A stretch of DNA of 64,000 nt, from contig CM039003.1 of assembly GCA_017499595.2 (NCBI GenBank), forward strand, positions 1,922,001-1,986,000, in the 5' to 3' direction. The notes under the pieces were generated by a model. The model saw only the letters and a program-made list of their open reading frames with translations, ran no database searches and was not told the DNA's origin. This DNA comes from Psilocybe cubensis (Eukaryota). Positions 53,119 to 64,000 of this stretch are shown piece by piece (position 1 is the first letter of the stretch; each line of letters begins with the position of its first letter). The position numbers and the translations under genes were made by a program.

Positions 53119-53261
53119 CAATAACGACGCGACTTGGACGCGACATCTCAGTAAATTTACAGGCAACATGCTTTTCTTCCAACAATTACAAAATACTGCT
53201 ATTGATCATCTTTCTAGAATATCCTCAAACTACTCCCGACAAATAGAGACCTACGAAATAA

Positions 53262-54882
53262 CTAGGATAATGAGGCACCGATTAATGTCGGGGCGACACA
53301 AACTCCCTTTGCAGTGCGGATTTTGTGTACAGATTTCGTTGTTGGGTTGACCCATGCAGCTTCTTTGGTGTCTAAAGTGATGAACCCTATCGACAGAGTT
53401 AAGACAACATCATACTTAATCCTGACAGCAACGTACCTGGTTGTACAGTTTCAAAGATCTTTTTCTTGGGATTGAGTTGAGAAAGTGGGGTGGCATCTAC
53501 GCAAGCGAATTTGGGTTAGAAATGAGTGGTGTTTGTTGTTTGGGAACTGACTTTCGTATTCTGAGCCTTCGAAGTAAACTCGATCACCGGGTTTAGATCC
53601 TACTGGAGGTTGGATCAATTCAATTCCAGCATCTTTGCCGTCCTTGGAGGTTGCCTGTAGAGGCATGTCAAGCAAACGTACGAAATATATATATCAAAGA
53701 AGCTTACACAAAGAACCATGGCAAAACTTTTGACCCCACGCATATTGGCAGGCTTCAAGTTGCACTACAGTATGTCAACATTGTGTAAAACGGACAAAAT
53801 GTGAATTAACGTACAACGGCTACAAGGTACTTATCCCGCATCTGTTCAATTGGGATATAATTGACAAGACCTGATACAACTGTACGAGGACCAGTTTCTT
53901 CCCCAAGGTCAATTTGCTAGACAAGGACTAATGAGCATTACAGTGACACGGGAAAATACCGATACTGACCTCGACGTACAATCCGTCAGCATCAGGATGC
54001 TTGACGACTGGATATTTAAGACCAATCATCAACACAATCAAATAACAAACATATTAAGCCTCACCGTCGACGATATGTCCTACTCGGAGGTCAATCATGG
54101 ATGGCGATGGTTCCGCGTCTTCTGCAGGCTGGGTTTTCGCGACACCGCCTTTCTTCCCTTCCTTGCTTCCACCTGCCTCGGATACGGCTCCCTTCTTTTT
54201 CTCTTTTTTCTCTTTCTGTTTTTCGACGGAAGGGGTAGAGGTGGATGTGGACGATTCTTCAGCATTGGGAGTAGAAACCTTGTGCGAAGTACTGTCTACA
54301 GGAGGTTTGGGCGCTTTGTCTTTCTTCTTGGAAGGTTCAGCCTTTCTCTCCAATTGAGGTGCGTTATCAAGATCGAAGGATATTTTCTTGAAAGCATCAT
54401 TCAAGGATGCTGCAGATGCGCGAACGGCAGCACCTGATTGGATGTGATCGAAGTAGCGAGTCAAAGATGGAACCGCATAGTACTCAGAGGGTTGTAGTTT
54501 GGCCTGCAGAAAAAAGTTCAAAACTGTATGTTCCGCTTTTACAAGGTACGACATACAACAAATGGATGTAGCTCTCCATATAGAGCAATATCAGCTGCAG
54601 TGAGGTAGTTGGTGGCAATGTATGTTTTCGGCACAAGTAAAGCATCGAGATCCTAATGAAAAATTTCGTTTAACCAATTGGGCACAAACACGGAGTTTAA
54701 CCGCACACCTTGAGATTGTTTTCGTTCACCAATGTTCCTTGGCTTGTTTTTTCAATCCATCCTACAACTTCTTTCTCGTCAGCCTCGTTTTGCCCACCAA
54801 GCTCTTGCCCTTCGCGAGTGACGGCATTGACCAAATCCCGAACGGGAGATCGCAGCTTAGAGATGGCGGACTGGATGGACAT
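53262..54882 (-). CDS. ARC1: Aminoacyl-tRNA synthetase cofactor Arc1 (GST-like domain + tRNA-binding OB fold)
   Basis: LTAADIALYG..LTRYFDHIQ, Lys-rich linker, IDLRVGHIV..HPDADGLYVE..RTVVSGLV..NLKPANMRGVKSFAMVLCA. Confidence 0.92.
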
Positions 54883-55909
54883 GCTTCGAACACCGGTTGA
54901 TACCAAATATCTGAAGGTAAATCGATGAAGAGCTATTTGTGTTCTGAATCGAGTCAAGAAGACCATGGACAAAGATATGGTTCACGTGACAAGGAGCTGG
55001 CGGCCTGGAATAAGTCGCGTAGGACGTAGCAGGTAGGAAGACGAGCAAACGAAAGGCTCACATAAACACTATAAATACTGCTTCTCACAAAGAAACACCA
55101 AGATTGACAGAGTAATTTGGCACAGTTCCTTATCCAAAAGATTTCCACCATGCATTCAAGTTAAAGATTAAGCGGCTAAGCCATACCCCACAGTTGTAGC
55201 CATCCACTCGCACCAAAGACTTCACATGAAAATTAAACAAGAGCATTCCCTAACCACAACACTAGAAAACTAAACCACATCTCTCACTGAAAGTATCGCA
55301 ATGGCGAAGAAGCTTTTGTGTAGCCTTGTCGGGGAGTTCACAGGACGGCTTCTGATGCTTTAAGTCGTGTCAGAAGATCCTCGCGGCCTGGAATACTGCA
55401 TTGGGCTAGTTCCAACTGCGACGTAGAGTCAAAGCTGTCCCAGGGCTATACGGAAGCCAAACGAGGGAAATTATTGGACGGCATACCAGTGCATACTTGT
55501 GCTTGATTTACCACAGCGCTCCTCGCTCCTCGACATCTCTGACAGTTGACTCTCAATTAACCATGATCGGTGTGCGGATTCAAGTTGACACAGTCTGACC
55601 CAACTTTGCCAAACTGCCACACGATGATGTTGACATAGCTCGGTAGCAGCGCTACAATGAGGGTTCAAATATCGGATGTACACCATTGCTATCCTGCAAA
55701 AGAATGGGTGAATGGAGACGAAGTTGAAGGAACAAGTACTGTGGGTAAGTGCGATCAGCGGAGTTTGAATCCTTGAGAACCGCGGAGAATGCGTTCTTAA
55801 CTTTTGAGCTTGATCTACAACCAGGTAAGTTGACAAATCGGAGGATTTGCCTAGCTTATATCTTCATACCTTTTCTTATCCCTTTGAGAAGTCATTCTGT
55901 TCTCTTTCT

Positions 55910-57189
55910 ATGATGGACAGCAGACGGCGGGGCGTGCCAACACGACCCGCATCCGTTGAAGGCAAGTTATATGGCTATGACTTCATTCATAGCTGGCGCT
56001 TAATTTCGCGCGACACGGTTTTCAGAAATGGCATGCTGGGGCCACGCTGCAGACTCTTTGAAACATCTATCGAGCATATACACCAAATCCAGTACTTCTG
56101 ACGTTGTCTCACGCGTAAATCGATTAATAAATGCCTGGCCTGCTGACGATACATCAACCGGAGAGGGTCTGGGAACACTGAAATCGTTGCAAACCAAGCT
56201 GATTACAGGGTTGACTGACATTTCTACCGCTTCTCATAGCGAAGTGAGGTCGGGAAATACGCATTTCTTTCAGATGTGAAAACTAATGATAGATATTTTG
56301 CCATAACTCATAGAGCTATTGACGATGCTTTGGAAAGTATCGGCGTACTCATAGCTTTGAGAAAAGCACCCGAGTCGGCTTTGCCCCCAGGTATTTCCCC
56401 CAGGCTAAAAATATATGTGTGTATGTGCTTATATTATTTCCAGCAGAGAAGAGGAAGAGACCAAGAGCATCTTCGCCTTCCGGGACGCCGGCTCCCACCC
56501 CCGCAACAGGTGTCCGCTCAATGTCCATTACTGTGCCTCCAAGGACTAGCTCTGTTGGTCCCACAGCACCACGTGACGCAAGGGCGAAAAAGGACTCAAC
56601 ACCTAAAAGCCAAGCTCTTTTGCCAGGACGTAAAGTTGCTTACCGTCCTCCCAAAGGCACAGAGACAGAAGAAGGCACTTGGATAGTGGCTATTGTCAGG
56701 CGTTGCCTCAGCCATGATAAACAAGGCGCAAGATACGAAGTTCAAGATGCCGAACCACAAGAAAATGGACAGCCCGGACTGTATGTCTGCTGCTTTTTTG
56801 TTGTTATTTTTTGCTATATCAACACAAATTAGGAAATATATTGCCAACCCAAAAGCTATGGTACCCCTTCCCGACCCAGAAGCGGCCCCAGGAAGTCCAG
56901 GTCATCTAGGTGCTCACCCTACCTTCTCCGTTGGAGATCCTGTGTTGGCACTGTATCCAGACACCAGTTGTTTCTATCGAGCTGAGGTTATTTCAGTGCC
57001 CACTCCAGATCGAGTGAGTCATGGTCAAATCCACAATTCCTCGACATATCTCTCACAAATGATGGTTTGCAGTCGTCTCCCTCAACGAAATATGTTCCTG
57101 CATACAATGTAAAATTCGAAGACGACGATGACATGATTCATTCGGTATCGGCCTATTGGGTTGTCCAGTTTCCTCAACACCTACTATGA
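55910..57189 (+). CDS. SGF29: SAGA subunit Sgf29 (tandem Tudor)
   Basis: GRKVAYR..WIVAIV..YEVQDAEP; VLALYPDTSCFYRAEV; YNVKFEDDDD. Confidence 0.9.
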
Positions 57190-57477
57190 AAGGTTGGGAT
57201 TTCCTTACTTGCAAATGATCTGGAAAGTACCAGAATGCGACATGGAGTTTTTCGTGATATTTCCTTTTTTGTTTATTTATGTCTCACTATCTGTAACAGA
57301 ATATCTCGGATTGTATCTTCCTTATCAGTTACTACGATGGAAATGAATGTAATACCCTAGTAAAACTTGACGTGGGAGATACAGATTGTACTAAACACGC
57401 AGAAAAACCAGCTTGTTACTGCTTGTCGATGGTAAGCTTCCTGTTTGTTGCCAGAAGGATTTCCATATCTCAACCGC

Positions 57478-57571
57478 GAATGTTCCAGAGACTACGTCAT
57501 GCTACACATGACGGGTAGCCGTTTCTGGAATCGACAGTCTCTCCATGGTAAACAGTGCAAAGGTATATAAA
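57478..57571 (+). promoter_or_regulatory. Heat-shock elements and TATA box of the small HSP gene
   Basis: GAAtgTTCcaGAg at 57478-57490, TTCtgGAA at 57523-57530 and TATATAAA at 57564. Confidence 0.7.
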
Positions 57572-57628
57572 AAGGCCAGTTTTTTACTTCAGCCGTTCCC
57601 CAATAGTTGTCACAAGAAACCACATACA

Positions 57629-58221
57629 ATGTCTATCGCTCGCCAGCTCTTGCGCGAAATGCGCCCCCTATTCCGCGTACTTGACGAACCATTCTCACGG
57701 CCCTCTGTCTTCCATGGCAATATCCCAGCATTGTCACGAATTGATCCTTTTCAGGAGATGTTCACTCGACCTGCCATTGACGTCTCAGATGAGGGCGAGA
57801 AGTACAAAGTAGAGGCTGACCTTCCCGGCGTACCAAAAGAGAACGTGGAGGTCCGCATTGGAGACAATGGCCGGAGTATAACCATCGAAGGGAAGGTGGT
57901 AGAAAAAGAGGAGTCTCATGCAAACAAATCATCTGCGAAGACGGGTGCTTCTGGTGAGTGTGCTTTTAACATATCAGATTTGCTTTCTAACGCAGTGCTG
58001 CAGGTACCGACTCTAAAGCTGTTGTCAAACCTGATGAAAGTTCGACTACTCAAATTTCAACGGAGCGACCTTTCACCCGGAATGTGTCCTTTACTCGTAC
58101 TGTGTGGCTGCCAAAGCCTGTGGACACCAAACATGTTTCGGCCAAAATGGAACATGGTGTGTTGACAATCACCGTTAACAAAACCCACGACAAAGCTAGC
58201 ACGGTAGTCGCCATTGATTGA
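57629..58221 (+). CDS. Small heat-shock protein (HSP20/alpha-crystallin)
   Basis: PAIDVSDEGEKYKVEADLPGVPKENVEV; FTRTVWLP..VSAKMEHGVLTITV; one intron. Confidence 0.92.
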
Positions 58222-58538
58222 TACAAGTGTACTTTCTGTATAGTAATTTAATGTATCTGTAGTCTTCCCCTGTAATCAAATTGAATTCGTGACAAGATGG
58301 CGTAGTGTGAGGTTTGTGAGGTCACTATCTAAATCATAAACTAGCCTATGTATGGCGCGTCTTCTTCAACAACTTGACAATGACACTTGACCCCATTACG
58401 CAACGTGACCGTGAAGCGCTGTCAAAAATCACAACAACTCGGAACGCTCATAACCTTTAGAATCGAGCCCGCTCTTTCTTCTTGTTCAGTTGAGACCGCA
58501 TTGCTTCTTCCACCTAGCACAGCTCGACTCTAACTACC

Positions 58539-60093
58539 ATGTCCTCGAACCTCAACGGACTCTCACTATTTGCTAACATGGGAGCGAATCACGATGATGA
58601 CACCGACGTTGAAGCTGAACTTGAGGTCGACCAACTCGACTCCGATACAGATCCAGATGAGCCAGCGGATAGCGCTAAATCGCGCAAGCCCAAGAACGGT
58701 ACTCATCGACCGGGGGAGCGTGTACCAGGACACACCTTACTCCCAGCTCAGAAATTAGAGAATATGATACAAGCAGAAGGTTTATCCAATTCAATCTATT
58801 ATTTCCCTTATATTGAACAAACCGATAGGTGTGACTGGCAATATGACATTGTCGAAGGAAGGGCTTTTCGTTCTATCCATAGCCACAGTATGAAGCTTCT
58901 CATTTGGTCTTTGCCATTAGTATCCGACTCATCATTCAATAGGAGGAGTTCATCAAGAGATTGGTACAAGCCGGTCATAGAGAAGCGATTGCACATTGTC
59001 GAAACCAGATCAATTACACTGATATGGGTAGGCTCATTTGACTTTTTTTGAAGTCGTTGGTTCATGTTCAGTTGCTTTCAGCGGCAACAACAGGTCAATA
59101 TCAAGAATTTATGTGTCTGTCAGGTATGTGATGCCCATGTCAGTCTTCTATCTTTCTCATTGTTCATTGCTAGATACGATACCTCCTCCAATCTCGTTGG
59201 CTGACGCGTTGGCATTACGGGAACAAAAAGAAAGAGATTTAATTGAGGATAATCCTGCCCTGTCTACTCCTTTTGTCCCATCAGCGATTCCATCGCCAGA
59301 ACCTGAAATGAGAAATGGTGTAGGAAGCGCAACGACAAATATTTCAAATAGTGCAAGTCGATCTAGGAATGGGAAGCCCTCGGTAGCAGAGCCGCTACTT
59401 CCGACTGATAGTGTCGAGTCTGCTAGTTCAAGTCGTGCCAAAGCCAAGAAGCACCCTGTACCCGAGCCAGAGCCTGTCCATTCCAGAGACTCAGAAAATA
59501 TATCTGCAAGTACCAGCCGACTTAGGCACAAAAAAACGCAACCAGGAATGGAGCCGGAGCCAGCAAACGTATCTGCAACTTCTAACCGAGGCAAGAACAG
59601 AAGGCCGCCTTTGGCCTCTGAATCTGACTCGCCCCCTGTCAAGGAGGCAATAAGCATGCCTTCCAGTACAAATCGCTCAAAAAACAAAAGACCACCTTCC
59701 AATAGCCATGGACCCGATAATGCAATGAATGTTGATATGATAGACGATTCACGGGAAATGGACTATCACGGGTCTGCTCGGAATGGCTCATATGCTGCAT
59801 CTTCTCTGCCAACCCTTTCAGCTAGCGATCATCTGCCCACTGGTCTTTCTCCATCCCATTCTCCGCCATATTACTCACCGACCTATTCACGTGAAGAATC
59901 CGTGGAGCCCGCTTCTATACCGTCGCGCGACCCAAAATCTCTGTCGCATTCACCGCCTTATGATCCTGTCTGGACAGGTCAGTTTACAGGTCCTGCCAGT
60001 GGATTTCTTCAAGGGCCCTCTCCTTCTTCCTTTGGCCGTCCGACTCAAAATCCGGGGCGTACTATTTACTCCCAAAGTCATCGATCAGACTAA
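58539..60093 (+). CDS. Histone-fold protein (Dpb3/Dls1/NF-YC-like) with long low-complexity tail
   Basis: LLPAQKLENMIQAE..LSKEGLFVLSIATEEFIKRL..INYTDMA..QEFMCLSDTIP after splicing. Confidence 0.75.
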
Positions 60094-60374
60094 AGCTTTC
60101 TTGCGTTATTTTTGTGTACTGGTTTATCTTGTGTTGTAATAGCATCCTCGGTGTAATTTATTCATTTGGCTGCAGCCTATCTAATAACTCGTGTAATAGC
60201 TGTAAATGCAGCTAGATCATGCAAATGTCACTGGACGAAGGATATCAAGTGCATTTAATTCCAATTCCGATCTTATCATTGACCTTTGTTTTGAACCATC
60301 ATCTCCATCTTGAGAACGACCATATTTGTCCACTGAATACTAGTTCTTGATATTTTGCTGTGATAGACGCTGTG

Positions 60375-61938
60375 ATGTCTGCGCCAGGAACATTGGAAAG
60401 ACTTCCTATCATAGATATCGCACCATTGCTCAACGATGACCCTGCCAATTCTGGTAAACGGGCAGAAACTGCAGCAGCATTACACGCTGCCTGCGTGGAT
60501 TACGGCTTTTTCTATTTGGATATTCGAGCATATGTCGATCCTGCAGAGCCAGAGGAACTGGCACGTTTGGCTAAGCAGTTTTTCGATCTTCCACCAGAGG
60601 TGAAAGATCAGCTTTCCCTTAGAAACCAAGACAATGCAAGAGGTATGCCTGTTTATAAGGATTCTAGCTCTAGATCACAAGATTCAGTTGATAACTACAC
60701 ACAGGTTATGCTAGGCTGAACCAGAATGTAACTAATGGCAAAGCGGATAACCACGAAGGCTTGGATTTCTACAAGCCAGTTGAGCATCCAGACAAAACAA
60801 AGCCTGTGTGGGGAGAGAATCAATGGCCGACCAGTATTCCGGACTTTAGGACGAAGTACGAAGCATGGGTGGAGAAGATGAAAACCCTTGGTTTGATTCT
60901 TATGGAAGCGTGAGTGATTCCATTCTGTCCACTCTAAAACTTGGTCAATATAGTCGTTTAATTGACGGCGCTACACACCCTTCCATAGCATGTCAATGGG
61001 ACTTGGTATGACATCACAAGAATGGCAAGACCTTCGTTCGCAGGTTGATGACAGTTTCTGGGTTATGAGAGTGATAGGTTTGTGGATACTCAGAATACTA
61101 TGGTTCATCATCATCCATTTTCAAGGCTTTTCGTGAATAGGATACCCACCCCTTCCCAATGATCATGAAGGGTTTTCATGTGGCGCCCATAAGTACGACT
61201 TCACAACTTTTTTAAATGAAACTGAACAAACATGGAATCGTTTCAGAGACTACGGATGCCTGACGTGTGTAAATGTCCGGTAGATTTAAGATCTACCGCT
61301 CTAATGTATTCTGCCAGATTTCTCTATGCGGATCCCACTCCATCAGCATTACAAGTTTTCCTCCGAAGGCCCAATTCAATTGACCAAAGTAAAGATGGTC
61401 TTCCCTCTGAACAGGGAGAGGAAGAGGGAGTCTGGATTAACGCAGATCCTATTCCTGGGTGTGTCGTTTGCAACATCGGTGAAAGTAAGTATATATTCTG
61501 TCCGATTTTCTTCAAACTCCACTAAGTGGCCATCCCAGTGTGGGAAATTTGGACAGACGGGCTATATCGTTCGACGCTTCATCGAGTAGTGCATAGGGGG
61601 TCCAATTTTCGGTAAGTGAATGTTATGATTGGCCATAACGATTCCATTACATTTTACTGATTTACATTGGACGTATTAGAGTTTCGTAAGTTTTTGGTTC
61701 GCTTTTGCCATTATTTTGCATCATCTGAAAGCGACGCTGTAGAATCCCGTTCTTTTTTGAACCGAATTTTGATGCTCTCATCAAATCATTACCTGTAATG
61801 GAACGAATTAGAAGCGAAGGTGGTCCCGTCGCAGCCAAGGCACAATTGACGAGCAAGATGTCAGTTGTTTACGGGGATTTTTTAGTGAGAAAAGTTGGAA
61901 ATAATTTTGCGGCAGATGGGAAGGGCAAATACGACTAG
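60375..61938 (+). CDS. 2-oxoglutarate/Fe(II) oxygenase (IPNS/DIOX family)
   Basis: LPIIDIA..ACVDYGFFY, GAHKDYGCLT (HxD), NIGEMWE..YRSTLHRV and PFFFEP. Confidence 0.92.
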
Positions 61939-62029
61939 AATTTACCTGAGTGAATGTTTTTAGCTACAACAGACGCATCATTTTCACCTACAGTATCCAT
62001 TTCAAGATTCTTTTTTACGAACAAAGATA

Positions 62030-63086
62030 TTAATCATGAGGTACAGATATTATGTGCGCTTCAAGGGTTCTCAACTGTTTTGGGAGGGGGAACTGATGTC
62101 AATTTCCTCAATGAAACATCATAGACAACTAAGAATAAAATTACTAAAGAGAGCTGATGTCGTTACAGAGATATACTCACCTTCTTCGATTTTTTTGATG
62201 TCGTACTTGAGGCTGTCAAACCTTCGGCGTAGTGCATCATTTTTCAAGTTAAGCTATTTGGCAGCAAATCTTAAGATGCTTTTTGACAAAAAAATGGTAA
62301 GACGTTTATTACCATCGAGAATCCAGCAAATAGCTCTTTCACAAACGTTGAAATTTTGATTGGCTCTTCGAAGTTACCCAAGGTCACCGCATTTACAGCC
62401 AATCGAGACTAAAATTCCGTATCAGAATTGCGTACGTTCACATAGAGAGGTACGCACAAGTTCATTGACCAAGCTAATCAATGCATGAAGATAATCCTCC
62501 GCAGGCAGCGCCATTCTATCGCTGCATTCCGCTGTAACTGTGATAGGGAAGTTAGTCCTTCATCTCTACCGACAATATTAAAATATATGATTACTTCCAA
62601 GCATTTCTGCGGTTTGAGCGATGGTAAGTAGTGTCCTCTTGGATAGATACTCAATCAGTACGGCAGCATAGACTGCAGTCCGTAGGGAATTTGACCACAT
62701 GTCTTTCCATCTCCAAAATTGATTTTCAGGGATGATTTCGGACAACTTGGAGGTCACATCCCGACAACTGAACAGAATAGGGCGCACAGATTCTAGCAAT
62801 GCAGGCACTGCGTACAACGAGAACGAAATATCAGTTAAAGTATGCACAATTGCAACACAAAGAACTGACTTGCATCTGATGGCGTGGAATGAATTTTGTT
62901 GAGAAGGCCAGCCATAATTCGTGTTTTCTTATCGAGTTCATTGACTTGTTCCTTTATTTTCTTTGATTTACATGATCAGTATAAGCTCAAGATTCTCACC
63001 CAAGGAAAACTGTAGCGGCGGACCTCACGCAACTCAATATCACTATCAAGTAGCTTGTTAATGTGCTCCAATTCGTTGGATTCCAT
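62030..63086 (-). CDS. TSN1: Translin
   Basis: ELREKIK; EDYLHALISLVNELSRLAVNAVTLG; LNLKNDALRRRFDSLKYDIKKIEEVVYDVSLR. Confidence 0.92.
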
Positions 63087-63400
63087 TATCGTTAGTAAAT
63101 TGTGTGCTTTTAATCTGTATGGCTTGTGACAATTTTGAACAGAATTAGGTTGAAACTGGGACTGACAACCTGTGCACAGGAACGGAAGAGAAGTTAAATC
63201 TTATCTTAAAGGTTTGATCAGGGTGTTTGTCCTGCTCTGACGCCAAGACTTCGCGTGACAGTAATTTAGGGAAAATGTATCACGTGAATGGATCGCGTCT
63301 TGTGGCCACGGTCACCTTTGGGTCGCCTTGAAGGAGTCTTGTTTCCAATTTCCAAGGTTTGACTCTGAGTCCAGAACTTCTTTACATACTCACCGCTACA

Positions 63401-64000
63401 ATGCAAACTATGGGACCTCCACCTGCTAAGTCTCCAGAGAAACCTCTTCTTATAACACCCTCTGCTTCTCCGCCTCCTACGAGATTATCAAGTCGAATAT
63501 CTGATGGTGCCTCGCCGACGAAAAAGCCACGTTTCAATTCAATAGCGCGTCTAACACCCTCCGATGCTTCATCTTATGCATCACGTACGATTAATCCCGA
63601 AGATGTACAAAAGGAACGCGCAGCTTCAAAAATGCGCCTGTTTGACGTATGGTCCAGTTTAGCAGAGCGCTATACCGTTCCAGTGGAAGAGGACGACATC
63701 ATCAATATTCAAACGGGGGAAATTACAAGGGACAATGGCTATTTGCGAAGGTCCAAAAAGCTGGAATTCGGTAGTATTGCTCTAGGGGATGTACCAGCAG
63801 AAGATTATGACAGCCCAGAGGAAGAAGAGGATGAGTATGACATTGATGAACTTGACGCGTTTGCAGATGACGCGTCCGAAATCAGCTATCAAGATATGGA
63901 GGGCCATCCTGACGATGAACACATAGAAAGAGACGTGCCACCCTCAACGATTCTTACTGCTGCAGATGCAGAAGATTTACGAGAGTTCATGAACGCAGAG
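63401..64000 (+). CDS. SCM3: Scm3-domain (CENP-A chaperone) protein, truncated by the window edge
   Basis: ERAASKMRLFDVWSSLAERY..EEDDIINIQTGEITRDNGYLR in an open frame running off the window. Confidence 0.75.
   Translation, partial: MQTMGPPPAKSPEKPLLITPSASPPPTRLSSRISDGASPTKKPRFNSIARLTPSDASSYASRTINPEDVQKERAASKMRLFDVWSSLAERYTVPVEEDDIINIQTGEITRDNGYLRRSKKLEFGSIALGDVPAEDYDSPEEEEDEYDIDELDAFADDASEISYQDMEGHPDDEHIERDVPPSTILTAADAEDLREFMNAE

Noticed and set aside
55150-55850. Small minus-strand gene between ARC1 and SGF29
   Set aside because: Splice-like signals exist, but no consistent spliced ORF or recognisable protein could be assembled.
18627-61938. Secondary-metabolite cluster (flavoprotein, Zn2Cys6 factor, SDR, 2OG oxygenase)
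   Set aside because: No backbone synthase, transporter or RiPP precursor seen, and the genes are widely separated.
23906-64000. Functional cluster of SUMO and chromatin genes (AOS1, ULP2, SGF29, histone-fold, translin, SCM3)
   Set aside because: Interspersed with unrelated genes over 40 kb; looks like ordinary housekeeping gene order.
1-64000. CRISPR arrays, tRNA or rRNA genes
   Set aside because: No repeat-spacer array, cloverleaf or rRNA motifs were recognised by eye, and the sequence is eukaryotic. A covariance-model scan was not possible.

Overview
Gene-dense, intron-rich eukaryotic DNA. The short (about 50-60 nt) GT-AG introns and protein families point to a basidiomycete fungus, probably an agaric; this is inferred, not verified. 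The first ~4.4 kb looks like a decayed DNA transposon: two divergent multi-exon pseudogenes, short tandem repeats and a possible CACTA-type end. About 20 housekeeping genes follow: a coiled-coil protein, DRS1, a Rho-N/F-box-like protein, phospholipase D, a TcuA/CobZ-like flavoprotein, AOS1, a Zn2Cys6 factor, GRH1, MATH-BTB, PRP24, F-box, SDR, KRE6/SKN1, ULP2-like, MRPL6, ARC1, SGF29, HSP20, a histone-fold protein, a 2OG-Fe(II) oxygenase, translin and a partial SCM3. The main finding is intron 1 of the TcuA-like gene. It is 1,066 nt, about 5 times longer than any other intron I traced. On its sense strand it carries 5'-TAACCCTAAC-3', a perfect template for TTAGGG telomere repeats, with candidate boundary and long-range helices and an Sm-like site. 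This is a candidate intron-encoded telomerase RNA and is an inference that needs testing. Second is a 698-bp Mutator-like non-autonomous element with a 9-bp target-site duplication in the MRPL6 promoter. Gene spans include introns, were assembled by eye, and product names come from motif recognition, not database searches.
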